DNA of 64,000 nucleotides from NCBI GenBank assembly GCA_017421045.1, contig JAFQMC010000020.1, forward strand, positions 23,391 to 87,390, given 5' to 3'. Position 1 is the stretch's first letter. Every line of letters begins with the position of its first letter. The position numbers were made by a program, and so were the translations under genes. A model generated the notes under the pieces. The model was not told the DNA's origin and made no database searches. It saw only the letters and a list, made by a program, of their open reading frames with translations. This document shows positions 9,414 through 19,015 of the stretch, piece after piece. The DNA is from Clostridia bacterium (GTDB lineage Bacteria > Bacillota > Clostridia > Oscillospirales > Acutalibacteraceae).

Positions 9414-10472
9414 TTACATCAACGCCACTGCTATGTGTGTATAAATGGATTCCAAAATCAGATATACGCTTGCAATAATCACAGTGGGACTGGTTACAAA
9501 CATTTTTGTTCTCGTCTTGTTATCAAGCACACCCTCGTATTTTCTGAGCTTCAGGAGGTTTTTATCTTTTCTGGAAAGAACGATAACCGCAATGAGTCCG
9601 ACTACTGAAACTGCGGCTACAAATATATAAGTGAATATATCAAGGATTGTTTCGCTCAGCCCGATAGCATCGGCGTTTGTGTACAGAATATCACTTATAA
9701 CCGAATATCCGTTGTTAAACAGATGTATAAGTATAGCAGGGAGCATGGAGTTCGTGTAGACCACGGTAAATCCCAGAGCCAGTCCGCCGATAAACGCAAA
9801 GGGTATCTGGATGAAATTTGCGTGAAAAAGTCCGAACAGCAGCGCAGATACAAACACAGCAAGGCCATCTCCGTGTTTTCTCAGGTGCGACAGAATAACA
9901 CCTCTGAACAGTATTTCCTCAGAAAATGCAGGAACAACTGCGGTTGAAACAAAATACACAAGCATTTCGAGAAAACTGTTGCTGACAGGCGTTTCTATGT
10001 CGAGCATCAGGTCGATTCCCAGGTTGTACATATTTGTAAGATATAAATTTGTCAGCAGATTGGATACCATGAATACGCTGAAACCTGCTACTACCAAAGC
10101 AGAAAGTTTTTTGAAACTTACTTTTTCAAAAACAAGAACATCCGTGGTTTTTGCTTTTGTGACTTTGATGCAGATAAGCGCGAATATTCCGAACACAGCT
10201 GCATTGGCGAAGCTGTTAATAATATTGTCGGGAATAGAATCCAGGTTTGCAGGCAACGTAAGATTGCCTTTGAAAATTTCATATGCTACCATCAGCACAA
10301 GGGTAACAAACAGAAAAGCAGTGCTGGATATAAGAACCATAAGTCCTATTCCGTTGCAACGTTTTCTCAGATCACGTTTTTCATTTTCAAATTCAACCTG
10401 CACAGGGTCCGGTTCCGGTACAAAAGCAGGCTGTGCATCAGGCTGTATATATAGATTTTCCTGATTATCCAT
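9414..10472 (-). CDS. CPBP (CAAX/Abi) intramembrane glutamic endopeptidase
   Basis: Multiple TM segments; EEILFRG, FGLFH, H..NN motifs. Confidence 0.85.
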   Translation of the reverse strand: MDNQENLYIQPDAQPAFVPEPDPVQVEFENEKRDLRKRCNGIGLMVLISSTAFLFVTLVLMVAYEIFKGNLTLPANLDSIPDNIINSFANAAVFGIFALICIKVTKAKTTDVLVFEKVSFKKLSALVVAGFSVFMVSNLLTNLYLTNMYNLGIDLMLDIETPVSNSFLEMLVYFVSTAVVPAFSEEILFRGVILSHLRKHGDGLAVFVSALLFGLFHANFIQIPFAFIGGLALGFTVVYTNSMLPAILIHLFNNGYSVISDILYTNADAIGLSETILDIFTYIFVAAVSVVGLIAVIVLSRKDKNLLKLRKYEGVLDNKTRTKMFVTSPTVIIASVYLILESIYTHIAVALM

Positions 10473-10566
10473 ATTATCCCTCCGTGGAAATTATATCAAT
10501 TACTTAGTGATTATATCATTTACAATAGTTTATTTCAATAAAAAAACAAAAATCTCCAAATAACTA

Positions 10567-10595
10567 TTGACAAAATCCTTTTCAGGTATTATAAT
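10567..10595 (+). promoter_or_regulatory. sigma-A promoter of infC-rpmI-rplT
   Basis: TTGACA, 17 nt, TATAAT. Confidence 0.85.
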
Positions 10596-10601
10596 TCTTC
10601 T

Positions 10602-10737
10602 CGTACAATAAAGCAAGGCATAGAGCTTTCACCTGTGGGGTGTCGTCTGCACGGGTCAATATCTTAAGTTTTTTATCACCATTTTGGTGTGACTTAGTAT
10701 TGTTATGCGGACGGAGCTTTCTGTCCGCATTATTTTT
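10602..10737 (+). promoter_or_regulatory. L20 (infC) leader with attenuator hairpin
   Basis: Structured leader upstream of infC ending in ATGCGGACGG-AGCTTT-CTGTCCGCAT plus T-rich tail; position matches the Firmicute L20 leader. Confidence 0.7.
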
Positions 10738-10761
10738 ACATCATTTTGGAGGTGCTTTAAC

Positions 10762-11289
10762 ATTAGCAAGAAAGAGAAAGATACCCTCATCAATGAGGAT
10801 ATCAGATGTGAAGAGCTGAGAGTAATCGCTGCTGACGGCACACAGCTGGGAATTATGCCCACTGACAACGCACAGAATCTTGCAATCGAGCAGAATCTTG
10901 ATCTGGTTTTAATCGCTGCACAGGCTAAGCCTCCTGTTGCAAAGATTATGGACTACGGCAAGTATCGCTTCGAGCAGGCAAAGCGTGAGAAAGAAGCCAG
11001 AAAGAATCAGAAGATTATCAACATCAAAGAGGTTCAGCTTTCCCTGAATATCGACACTCACGACTTCGAGACCAAGCGCAACGCAGCTATCAAGTTCCTG
11101 AAAAAGGGTGACAAAGTCAAGGTTTCTATCCGTTTCCGCGGCAGAGAGATGGGTCACTCCAAGTATGGCTATGATCTGATGGAGCGTTTCGCAGATGAGT
11201 GTAGCGAGGTTTCCAACATCGAGAAGCCCGCAAAGCTCGAAGGTCGTAACATGCTTATGTTCTTAGCCCCAAAACCGGTAAAATCATAA
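10762..11289 (+). CDS. infC: Translation initiation factor IF-3 (ATT start)
   Basis: [20 protein letters not shown]; GGAGGTG RBS precedes in-frame ATT at 10762. Confidence 0.95.
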   Translation: MSKKEKDTLINEDIRCEELRVIAADGTQLGIMPTDNAQNLAIEQNLDLVLIAAQAKPPVAKIMDYGKYRFEQAKREKEARKNQKIINIKEVQLSLNIDTHDFETKRNAAIKFLKKGDKVKVSIRFRGREMGHSKYGYDLMERFADECSEVSNIEKPAKLEGRNMLMFLAPKPVKS

Positions 11290-11305
11290 CAGGAGGATTT
11301 TTAAC

Positions 11306-11503
11306 ATGCCTAAAATTAAAACACACAGCGGTGCAAAGAAGCGTTTCAAGCTTTCCAAGAACGGTAAGGTCATCCGTGCTCACGCTAACAAGAGCCACAT
11401 CCTTAACAAGAAGACCACAAAGCGTAAGAGAGGTCTTCGTAAGACAGCTGTTACCGACGTAACAAACACACGTCAGGCAAAGCGTCTCATTCCTTACAAG
11501 TAA
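11306..11503 (+). CDS. rpmI: 50S ribosomal protein L35
   Basis: [15 protein letters not shown]. Confidence 0.97.
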   Translation: MPKIKTHSGAKKRFKLSKNGKVIRAHANKSHILNKKTTKRKRGLRKTAVTDVTNTRQAKRLIPYK

Positions 11504-11534
11504 TCAAACTACAACTATTCGGAGGTAATATACA

Positions 11535-11882
11535 ATGGCAAGAGTAAAAGGCGCGATGATGACTCGCAAAAGAAGAAAAAAGGTTTTAAAGCTTGCTAAG
11601 GGCTACTATGGTGCCAAGAGCAGACACTTTAAAATGGCTAAACAGGCCGTAATGAAGTCCGGCAACTATGCATATATCGGCAGAAAGCAGAGAAAGAGAG
11701 ACTTCCGTCGCCTGTGGATTACCCGTATTTCTGCAGCTTGCAGAGCTAACGGCACAAACTACTCCACATTCATGAACGGCCTCAAGAAGGCTGATATCGC
11801 TCTCAACCGTAAGATGCTCGCAGAGATCGCTGTTGCTGATCCCGCAGCATTCACAAAGCTTGTTGAGCAGGTAAAGAACTAA
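11535..11882 (+). CDS. rplT: 50S ribosomal protein L20
   Basis: [27 protein letters not shown]. Confidence 0.97.
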   Translation: MARVKGAMMTRKRRKKVLKLAKGYYGAKSRHFKMAKQAVMKSGNYAYIGRKQRKRDFRRLWITRISAACRANGTNYSTFMNGLKKADIALNRKMLAEIAVADPAAFTKLVEQVKN

Positions 11883-11894
11883 AAAAGCTTAAGT

Positions 11895-11924
11895 TGCGTC
11901 CGGTTTACTCCGGACGCACTTTTT
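11895..11924 (+). terminator. Intrinsic terminator after rplT
   Basis: TGCGTCCGG-loop-CCGGACGCA plus T run. Confidence 0.75.
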
Positions 11925-11962
11925 AATTGTTAAAACATTCAAATTATCTATTGGTATTTACT

Positions 11963-12739
11963 ATGAAAGAAATAATAAGCAAAGATAATAAACTTATAAA
12001 ATATGTGTCAAAACTTCAGTCAAGCGCAAAGTTTAGAAGGGAAGAACAGCGTTTCGTTTCAGAGGGGCTGAGAGTCTGTCTGGAAGCTGTTTCAAGCGGT
12101 GCAGAAATCACCGATGTACTGATAACAGACGAAGCCCTCTCAAAGCACGAATCCGCCCTTAAACCCTTGCTTGAAAGCAATGCAAAAATCTACCTGACAA
12201 ATAAAAATACACTTTCTCATGCCTGTGATACAAAGACCCCGCAAGGTGTAGTTTGTGTTCTAAAAACTCTTGACAATAATATTGATTTTGATACAATTAA
12301 TAATAAGTATGTTTTTTTGGAAAATATTCAGGACCCCAGTAATCTCGGTACTATTCTCAGGACCGCCGATGCACTGGGGGTCAGCGGCGTTATTATGACT
12401 CGGGACTGCTGTGATATTTACAGCCCGAAGGTTTGCCGAGGAGCAATGGGGGCGCTTTTCAGAGTACCCTTTACCTTTGTTGATAACGCTCAAAAGTTTA
12501 TTTCCGATTTCAACAATCACGGCACTTCTTACGCGGCAGTTGTTCGCGATGCTGATGCTGTTAGTAAGGTGTCTTTTCAGGGTAGTGCGCTTGTGGCTAT
12601 TGGCAACGAGGGCAACGGCCTCACCGACGCCACGGCTTCTGCCTGCACTCAGCGTATCACCATTCCGATGAATGGTGTAGCAGAGTCCCTTAATGCTGCC
12701 ATTGCCGCAGGAATTCTGATGTGGGAAATGATAAAATGA
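11963..12739 (+). CDS. TrmH/SpoU-family RNA methyltransferase
   Basis: QDPSNLGTILRTA, IGNEGNG, IPM..AESLNAA. Confidence 0.9.
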   Translation: MKEIISKDNKLIKYVSKLQSSAKFRREEQRFVSEGLRVCLEAVSSGAEITDVLITDEALSKHESALKPLLESNAKIYLTNKNTLSHACDTKTPQGVVCVLKTLDNNIDFDTINNKYVFLENIQDPSNLGTILRTADALGVSGVIMTRDCCDIYSPKVCRGAMGALFRVPFTFVDNAQKFISDFNNHGTSYAAVVRDADAVSKVSFQGSALVAIGNEGNGLTDATASACTQRITIPMNGVAESLNAAIAAGILMWEMIK

Positions 12740-13914
12740 CTGAAAACACCAGATATTGGATATGGTTGACAATGGGTCTGGGATACAGCAGTCCCAAGCC
12801 TAAATATCTTGCATCTATGTATGATGATATGAAGGTATTATACGATGGTGGGGAGTCTGAGCTGAGACTCTGCGGTATTTTAACCGAGCAGGAAATCAGC
12901 CGTCTGCTCAGAACACCGCTGTGTAATGCAGATGAGGTTATTTCCAAAGCTTACTTGCTCGGTCAGAATATTATTGATATATCAGAACCTGCATATCCTC
13001 AGTGCCTCAAATCTATTGAAGATCCTCCTGCAGTGATTTATGTTCAGGGAAATCTCCCTGATGTAGATAACCTCAACACCATTTCAATTATCGGAACCCG
13101 AAAAGCCACAGTTTATGGTGTGCGCACAGCCTTTGAACTGGGAGCAAATCTCTCACAAGAGGGATTTGTTGTAGTCAGCGGTGGTGCTCTCGGCATTGAT
13201 TGTGCAGCTCATAGAGGAGTTTTGCAAGCAGATGGTATCACCATATGTGTTCTCGGATGCGGAATCGACTACGATTACCTAAGAGAGAATAAGGCGATGC
13301 GACAGCTTATTGCCGAGAAAGGCGCACTTGTTTCTGAGTATCCTCCCGGTACTTCGCCTACAGCCAGAAATTTTCCTCAGCGCAACAGAATTATCTCGGG
13401 ACTCTCGCAGGGTCTGATTGTTGTGGAAGCACCAAAGGCAAGCGGTTCAATGATAACAGTCGGGTGTGCACTTTCCCATAGTCGTGATGTCTTTGCTGTT
13501 ATGGGAAATGTGGATTCGCCTTATTCCGAAGGCTCCAATCTTCTCATCAAAGACGGTGCAATCCCTGTTACATCCTATAAAGATGTTTCTGAATACTATC
13601 TTGGTGTCAGTGATGATGACAAGGCTCGGCTTAAATATGATGACGAAGTTATTTCTTCAGTCCCCACCAAACTCAGAGCATCCGTGGATTCTACTAAAAC
13701 CGATAACAAACCCCTGCCGTCTCACAACACAGCAGTAAATCTTTCAGATGAAGAAAGCAGGGTTTATTATACAATTGGCGCACAGCCTCTTCATATTGAC
13801 ACAATTTCAGAGAAGTCAGGCTTGCCCGTGTACAAAGTTCTCAGAATTATCTCAGCTCTCGAAATGAACGACCTTATCGTAAACACCGAGGGCAGAAATT
13901 ACGCCATAAAATAA
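12736..13914 (+). CDS. dprA: DNA-processing protein DprA
   Basis: IIGTRKAT, VSGGALGID..AH, FPQRNRIISG, C-terminal winged helix; ATGA overlap with upstream stop. Confidence 0.93.
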   Translation: MTENTRYWIWLTMGLGYSSPKPKYLASMYDDMKVLYDGGESELRLCGILTEQEISRLLRTPLCNADEVISKAYLLGQNIIDISEPAYPQCLKSIEDPPAVIYVQGNLPDVDNLNTISIIGTRKATVYGVRTAFELGANLSQEGFVVVSGGALGIDCAAHRGVLQADGITICVLGCGIDYDYLRENKAMRQLIAEKGALVSEYPPGTSPTARNFPQRNRIISGLSQGLIVVEAPKASGSMITVGCALSHSRDVFAVMGNVDSPYSEGSNLLIKDGAIPVTSYKDVSEYYLGVSDDDKARLKYDDEVISSVPTKLRASVDSTKTDNKPLPSHNTAVNLSDEESRVYYTIGAQPLHIDTISEKSGLPVYKVLRIISALEMNDLIVNTEGRNYAIK

Positions 13915-13931
13915 CTTTACGGAGGTATATT

Positions 13932-16004
13932 ATGTCAAAGCTCGTTATCGTTGAGTCTCCTGCAAAGGCTAAGACGATTAAAAAATATCTTGGAAAGGAT
14001 TATGAAGTTGTAGCATCAATGGGTCATGTCCGCGACCTTCCTGCGGCAAGACTCAGCGTAGATGTCAACAACAACTTTACTCCCCGATATGAGATTATAA
14101 AGGGAAAGGAAAAGCTTGTCGAAGAGCTTATTGCTCAGGCTCAGAACAGCGATGAAGTATATCTTGCAACTGACCCTGACCGCGAAGGAGAAGCTATATC
14201 CTGGCACCTTGCCTATATATTGAATCTTGATTTGGAGAAAACAAACCGAGTTGAGTTTAACGAGATAACTAAAAACGGTGTTGAGACCGGTATGAGCGCA
14301 CCACGCGCCATTAACCTTGACCTTGTAGATGCACAACAAGCTCGCCGCATTCTGGACCGTTTGGTAGGATACAAGCTCAGTCCCTTTGTATCTCAGAAGA
14401 TTCGTCGCGGACTTTCTGCAGGCAGAGTACAGTCTGTCGCAGTCCGTATCATTGTAGACCGTGAAAACGAAATCCGCAGTTTTACTCCCGAGGAATACTG
14501 GAGCATTGACGCAAAGTTCAATCCCAAAGGAAGCCGCAAAGTTTTCTCAGCATTCCTCTATGGTAATGCTGACGGAAAAATTGAGATTAAGAACAAAGAG
14601 CAGGCTGACAAAATACTTGCAGACCTTGAGGGTGCTGAGTATATTGTCACAAAGGTTAAGTCGGGTACCAGAAAGAAATCTCCTGCACCTCCTTTCATAA
14701 CTTCAACACTTCAGCAGGAAGCTTCCAGAAAGCTCGGATTCCAGTCCAGACGTACCATGAGAGTTGCTCAGGAACTCTACGAAGGTGTTGATATTGAGGG
14801 TATCGGCCCCACCGGTCTTATCACATACATGAGAACCGACTCACTGCGTATTTCATCAGATGCAATGGGTGAGGCTGCATCTTACATCAAGTCGGTCTTC
14901 GGTGAGGCATATCTGCCCTCCAAGCCTCGTTTCTTCAAGTCCCGTTCAAATGCACAGGATGGCCACGAAGCTATCCGCCCCACTTCTGTAAATTTGACAC
15001 CCGATAGAGTAAAAGCAAACCTTACTACCGACCAGTACAAGCTTTATAAGCTTATCTGGGAGCGCTTTACAGCTTCTCAGATGGCTGATTGCATTCAGAA
15101 AACTACTCAGATTGACATTGACGCTAACGGATACGTATTCAAAGCAAGTGGCTACAGAGTTGATTTTGATGGTTTTACACAGCTTTATGTTGAGTCCAAG
15201 GATGAGGAAGAGGCAAAGGCAAGCAACCTGCCTCCTGTAGAGAAGGATATGCCTTTAAAGCTTAAAGAGCTTTTGGGAAATCAGCATTTCACCCAGCCTC
15301 CTGCACGATTCACAGAGGCATCTCTCATCAAAGCTCTTGAGGAGTTCGGTATCGGCAGACCTTCAACCTATGCCGCTACAATATCCACTATCGTAAACCG
15401 AGAGTATGTGAAGCGTGAGGGCAAACAGCTTCATCCCACTGAGCTTGGCGAAGCCATTGTACAGCTTATGAAGGAACGTTTTCCCAAGATAGTCAACGTA
15501 AAATTCACTGCTCAGATGGAGCAGGATCTGGACACCGTAGAAAGCGGAAATGTTGAGTGGAAAGAGCTTCTCTCGCAGTTCTATGCGGATTTTGAGAAGA
15601 ACCTCAAGAAAGCAAAGGCTGATATGGAAGGTGTCAAGATTCGTCTGAAAGAGGACGAAACCGACATTATCTGTGAAAAATGCGGTCAGAAGATGGTAAT
15701 CAAAGTCGGACGTTTCGGCAAATTTATTGCTTGTCCCGGTTATCCTGATTGTAAAAATGTAAAGAAATATGTTGAGAGCATCGGCGTGAAGTGCCCCGAT
15801 TGTGGCAGCGACGTCATCGTCCGCCGTACCAAAACCGGCAAGACCTTCTACGGTTGCTCCTCATATCCTAAGTGTAACTATATGTCTTGGAATGAACCCA
15901 CTGCAGAGAAATGTCCTCAGTGCGGTGAGATTCTATACAAGAAGAAGGGCAAGAAACCCACTCTCTACTGTGCAAAAGAGGGTTGTGGCTACGAGAAAAA
16001 GTAA
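13932..16004 (+). CDS. topA: Type IA DNA topoisomerase I
   Basis: IVESPAKAK, ATDPDREGE, SAGRVQ, ITYMRTD, C-terminal Zn ribbons. Confidence 0.97.
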   Translation: MSKLVIVESPAKAKTIKKYLGKDYEVVASMGHVRDLPAARLSVDVNNNFTPRYEIIKGKEKLVEELIAQAQNSDEVYLATDPDREGEAISWHLAYILNLDLEKTNRVEFNEITKNGVETGMSAPRAINLDLVDAQQARRILDRLVGYKLSPFVSQKIRRGLSAGRVQSVAVRIIVDRENEIRSFTPEEYWSIDAKFNPKGSRKVFSAFLYGNADGKIEIKNKEQADKILADLEGAEYIVTKVKSGTRKKSPAPPFITSTLQQEASRKLGFQSRRTMRVAQELYEGVDIEGIGPTGLITYMRTDSLRISSDAMGEAASYIKSVFGEAYLPSKPRFFKSRSNAQDGHEAIRPTSVNLTPDRVKANLTTDQYKLYKLIWERFTASQMADCIQKTTQIDIDANGYVFKASGYRVDFDGFTQLYVESKDEEEAKASNLPPVEKDMPLKLKELLGNQHFTQPPARFTEASLIKALEEFGIGRPSTYAATISTIVNREYVKREGKQLHPTELGEAIVQLMKERFPKIVNVKFTAQMEQDLDTVESGNVEWKELLSQFYADFEKNLKKAKADMEGVKIRLKEDETDIICEKCGQKMVIKVGRFGKFIACPGYPDCKNVKKYVESIGVKCPDCGSDVIVRRTKTGKTFYGCSSYPKCNYMSWNEPTAEKCPQCGEILYKKKGKKPTLYCAKEGCGYEKK

Positions 16005-17332
16005 TGTCTAATAAGGAATACATTAACGTCGTGGGTGCAGGACTCGCAGGCTGTGAAGCGGCATACCAGATAGCAAAGAGAGGGATTTCTGTCCGTCTCT
16101 ATGAGATGAAGCCCCACAAAAAGTCACCTGCACACCACACCGAGGATTTTGCAGAGCTTGTCTGCTCAAATTCCCTCAAAGCTCAGCGTGTAGGCTCAGC
16201 CGCAGGACTTCTCAAAGAGGAAATGCGCCGACTCGATTCGCTTCTCCTGAGATGTGCTGATAATTGTACTGTGCCTGCAGGCGGTGCTCTCGCTGTAGAC
16301 AGACATCTCTTTGCAAAATCTGTCACAGAAGCTATCCGTTCGATGGGCAATATCGAGATTATCTCAGAGGAAGTTACGGAAATACCTGCAGATGCGATTA
16401 CCGTTATCGCAACAGGACCTCTCACTTCGGATGCTCTTTGCAGTAACATCGTGTCGCTTTTCGGGGAATCTCTGTCTTTCTTCGATGCAGCGGCGCCTAT
16501 TGTCACAGCGGAAAGCATAGATACCGAGACTTCTTTTAAACAGTCAAGATATGATAAAGGCGACGGAGACGACTACATCAACTGTCCACTTAACAAAGCG
16601 GAATATGAGACGTTTTATAAAGAACTTATATCCGCAGAGCGTGCACCGCTTCATGATTTTGATGTAGCTGAACCTAAGGTTTATGAGGGTTGTATGCCTA
16701 TAGAAGTTATGGCTCAGCGTGGGGAAGACACAATCCGCTTCGGTCCTATGAAGCCTGTTGGCCTCAGAGATCCCAGAACCGGCCACAGACCCTGGGCGGC
16801 ACTTCAGCTCCGCCGTGAGAATTCAGCCGGCACAATGTATAATCTGGTAGGATTTCAGACTAACCTAAAATTCCCTGAGCAGAAGCGTGTTTTCGGACTT
16901 ATCCCTGCTCTTAAAAATGCAGAGTTTGTCCGTTATGGTGTGATGCACCGAAACACTTTTATCGACAGTCCTCGTGTGCTTAACAGTGATTATTCCGCAA
17001 AAACACGAGAAACACTGTTTTTTGCAGGACAACTCACAGGTGTTGAGGGATATATGGAGTCTGCGTCCTCAGGACTTATGGCAGGCATCAACGCCGCCAG
17101 AAAATTTAAAGAATTGAAAACACTCACTCTCCCTGAGGAGACGATGATTGGCGCTCTGTCAAGATATATCACAGACGATACGGTGAAGAAGTTCCAGCCT
17201 ATGGGTGCAAGTTTTGGCTTGCTGCCGGAACTTACAAATCGTTCAAGAGACAAGAAGATCCGTGGTGAGCAGTATGCCGAGCGCTCATTGGACACACTTT
17301 CTATGTTTGTTGAAGAAAGGATAAATGATTAA
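16004..17332 (+). CDS. trmFO: Folate-dependent tRNA (uracil-54) methyltransferase
   Basis: GAGLAGCEAA, ELVCSNS, GFQTNL, RYGVMHRNT, GVEGY. Confidence 0.95.
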   Translation: MSNKEYINVVGAGLAGCEAAYQIAKRGISVRLYEMKPHKKSPAHHTEDFAELVCSNSLKAQRVGSAAGLLKEEMRRLDSLLLRCADNCTVPAGGALAVDRHLFAKSVTEAIRSMGNIEIISEEVTEIPADAITVIATGPLTSDALCSNIVSLFGESLSFFDAAAPIVTAESIDTETSFKQSRYDKGDGDDYINCPLNKAEYETFYKELISAERAPLHDFDVAEPKVYEGCMPIEVMAQRGEDTIRFGPMKPVGLRDPRTGHRPWAALQLRRENSAGTMYNLVGFQTNLKFPEQKRVFGLIPALKNAEFVRYGVMHRNTFIDSPRVLNSDYSAKTRETLFFAGQLTGVEGYMESASSGLMAGINAARKFKELKTLTLPEETMIGALSRYITDDTVKKFQPMGASFGLLPELTNRSRDKKIRGEQYAERSLDTLSMFVEERIND

Positions 17333-17333
17333 T

Positions 17334-18335
17334 ATGAGAATTATAGTAGATGCTTTTGGTGGCGATAATGCTCCTTTGGAAATCATCAAAGGTAGCTTTG
17401 ATGCAATAAATGAATATCTTGTGGATATCACTTTAGTCGGTGACGAAACCATCATTAAAAGGGTATGTGCTGAGAACAATATTGATTCAAATGTTTTCAG
17501 AATTGTTCACAGTGATTCTGTTATCAGCCAGGAGGAAGCAGGCTCTGAGATTATGAAGAGTAAGTCTGATTGCTCAATGGCTGTTGGACTCAGACTCCTT
17601 GCAGATGGCGAAGGCGATGCGTTTATCTCTGCGGGCAACAGTGGTGCGGTCTGTGTTGGAGCAACTCTTATTGTTAAGCGCATCAAGGGTATCTCCCGTC
17701 CCGGTTTTGCTCCCGTTATCCCCGGTGTAACAGGTAAATTTATGCTTATGGATAGCGGTGCCAACCTTCAGTGCAGACCCGAGATGCTTCGCCAGTTTGC
17801 AATTATGGGTTCTGCTTATATGAGCAAGGTTTTAGGTGTTGAGAATCCACGTGTTGGACTTGCCAATGTCGGCACAGAAGAGCACAAGGGCACAGAAATT
17901 CAGCAGACTACATATCAGCTTCTGAAGGAAACACCCGTGAATTTCATCGGAAATGTTGAGGGAAGAGATGTTCCCAACAATGCATGCGATGTGCTTGTTT
18001 GTGACGGATTTACAGGCAACCTCATCCTCAAAACCTACGAGGGTGTTGCAATTGCTCTGATGAAGAAAATCAAAGCAGTATTTACAAAGAACCTAAAAAA
18101 CAAGCTTGGAGCCGCTCTTGTGATGAGCGATATCAAGGAACTCAAAAAGCAGTTTGATTACAGCGAGCACGGCGGCGCACCCATCCTCGGTGTCCGCAAA
18201 CCTGTATTCAAGGCTCACGGCAACGCCGATGCTGCTGCGTTCAAGAGTGCCATAAGACTCTTAAAGCAGTACACAGAGCAGAATGTTGTCGGTGATATAG
18301 CCGATGCAGTTCAGAAAATCAAGGAAAAGGATTGA
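17334..18335 (+). CDS. plsX: Phosphate acyltransferase PlsX (start 17325 or 17334)
   Basis: DAFGGDNAP, SAGNSGA, DSGAN, VCDGFTGN, KAHG. Confidence 0.94.
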   Translation: MRIIVDAFGGDNAPLEIIKGSFDAINEYLVDITLVGDETIIKRVCAENNIDSNVFRIVHSDSVISQEEAGSEIMKSKSDCSMAVGLRLLADGEGDAFISAGNSGAVCVGATLIVKRIKGISRPGFAPVIPGVTGKFMLMDSGANLQCRPEMLRQFAIMGSAYMSKVLGVENPRVGLANVGTEEHKGTEIQQTTYQLLKETPVNFIGNVEGRDVPNNACDVLVCDGFTGNLILKTYEGVAIALMKKIKAVFTKNLKNKLGAALVMSDIKELKKQFDYSEHGGAPILGVRKPVFKAHGNADAAAFKSAIRLLKQYTEQNVVGDIADAVQKIKEKD

Positions 18336-18340
18336 TTTTA

Positions 18341-19015
18341 ATGACCGAGCTTCAGAGAATAATCGGGTATGAGTTTCAAGATCTGTCAATTCTGTCCGAA
18401 GCTTTGACACATTCCTCTTATTCCAACGAGGTGGGAAAAAACACAAAATGCAACGAGAGATTGGAGTTCTTAGGTGACTCTGTTCTTTCTCTTGTTGTTA
18501 CCAATCATATTTTCAATAACTATTCTCAGCTTCCAGAGGGAGACTTGACAAAACTTCGCGCGGCTCTTGTCTGCGAGAAAACTCTCTATAAGTTTGCAAA
18601 GCTTGTAGAGCTTGGAAAGTTCATCAAGCTCAGCCGAGGTGAACGCCACGGCGGAGGTGCAGACAGACCGTCAATACTTTCAGATGCCTTTGAAGCACTC
18701 ATAGCCGCAATATTCCTTGACGGAGGTTATGACGAAGCGAAGAAATTTGTTATGACCTTTATTGAGCCGGAAATCAAAAACATGAGGAAAAAGCCTGTCA
18801 AGGATTATAAGACAACCTTGCAAGAAATTGTCCAGAAGAATCCTGGCGAGCGCCTTGAGTATCGTCTCATCAGTGAGAGCGGTCCTGACCACAATAAGCA
18901 CTTTGTCTCAGAGGTTTTGCTCAATTCCAATTCCATCGGTAAAGGTGGCGGCAGAAGCAAGAAGGAAGCTGAGCAGCAGGCTGCTCGTGAAGCACTGGAG
19001 CTGATGGGATATTAA
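18341..19015 (+). CDS. rnc: Ribonuclease III
   Basis: NERLEFLGDSVL signature, DAFEA, C-terminal dsRBD. Confidence 0.96.
   Translation: MTELQRIIGYEFQDLSILSEALTHSSYSNEVGKNTKCNERLEFLGDSVLSLVVTNHIFNNYSQLPEGDLTKLRAALVCEKTLYKFAKLVELGKFIKLSRGERHGGGADRPSILSDAFEALIAAIFLDGGYDEAKKFVMTFIEPEIKNMRKKPVKDYKTTLQEIVQKNPGERLEYRLISESGPDHNKHFVSEVLLNSNSIGKGGGRSKKEAEQQAAREALELMGY

Noticed and set aside
10705-10730. GCGGAC...CTGTCCGC hairpin similar to the rpsU terminator (29715-29739)
   Set aside because: Short GC-rich terminator stems; similarity too limited to call a repeat family
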